From the NCBI RefSeq assembly GCF_001949145.1, contig NW_019091359.1:765838-829837 (forward strand): a DNA stretch of 64,000 nt, in the 5' to 3' direction. Origin of the DNA: Acanthaster planci. Taxonomy: Eukaryota. The notes below the pieces were generated by a model, which was not told the origin of the DNA, did no database searches, and saw nothing but the letters and a program-made list of their open reading frames with translations. Both the position numbers and the translations under genes were made by a program. Below are positions 63,545 through 64,000 of this stretch, one piece after another (the first letter of the stretch is position 1; each line of letters opens with the position of its first letter).

Positions 63545-63790
63545 TACATGTATGCCCCCCATGAGTATTTCTTAAAGCTGTTTTAAGAATGCAAGCAGGC
63601 AGCTGGATGCCAAGAAAACATGAGAGCTTCAAGCATCAAGAATCAACAAGTTCTTGTGATTCCACAGGAATTTGTGTTAAAAATAAATAGCAACAATTTC
63701 TTGCACTTTCAAACCAAAAGAGCTGTTCTTCATGTTGGCAATAAATGAGTGCAGACTGGCGCAGTAAGTCATTACTTAATTCTACCCAGA

Positions 63791-63873
63791 TTATAATACA
63801 TTATATTATAATATACTATTATTAGTATTATTATTATATTATAATATAATATTATAATATATTGTATTATAAT
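63791..63873. repeat. AT-rich (TAT/ATA)n low-complexity tract
   Basis: Nearly pure A/T with repeated tataat and tattat units. Confidence 0.9.
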
Positions 63874-64000
63874 ACACGTCGTAACTTGTTTTGACATGCA
63901 TCAGACACGCAATACAGCTGGTAAGACTTTCATGTACTGAGTACATGTGTACCAGTGAAGTAGAATTAACATTTTCAATGAAAACCCCTAGGTGTATTTT

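Noticed and set aside
61640..64000. TMTC2 exon 1
   Set aside because: No segment encoding the expected first TM helix and YDD motif with a phase-2 donor was found; it probably lies beyond the window

Overview
Eukaryotic, intron-rich draft-assembly DNA with two N gaps, from a marine invertebrate, most likely an echinoderm (an inference from the lectin type and repeat content). I reconstructed four protein-coding genes by hand with phase-consistent splice sites. (1) An intronless secreted C-type lectin resembling echinoderm spicule/skeletal-matrix proteins (6378-6908, -). (2) SMAP/C11orf58 small acidic protein, 4 exons, 276 aa (11059-15221, +). (3) FBXO3 (F-box + SMI1/KNR4-like + ApaG), 10 exons, 442 aa, with a GC-AG first intron (21373-32560, -). 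(4) TMTC2 protein O-mannosyltransferase, 10 exons in view, first exon outside the window (38007-61639, -). Non-coding DNA is full of MITEs, tRNA-derived SINEs, a 568-bp TTAA piggyBac-type family, an internally deleted Tc1/mariner element and minisatellites. I found no clearly novel multi-gene system. The best leads are the spicule-matrix-like lectin, a strongly over-represented TACATGTA/TACAGTA motif shaped like a Tc1/mariner excision footprint, a three-layer nested transposon stack, and an Asn-Gly-rich loop in TMTC2.
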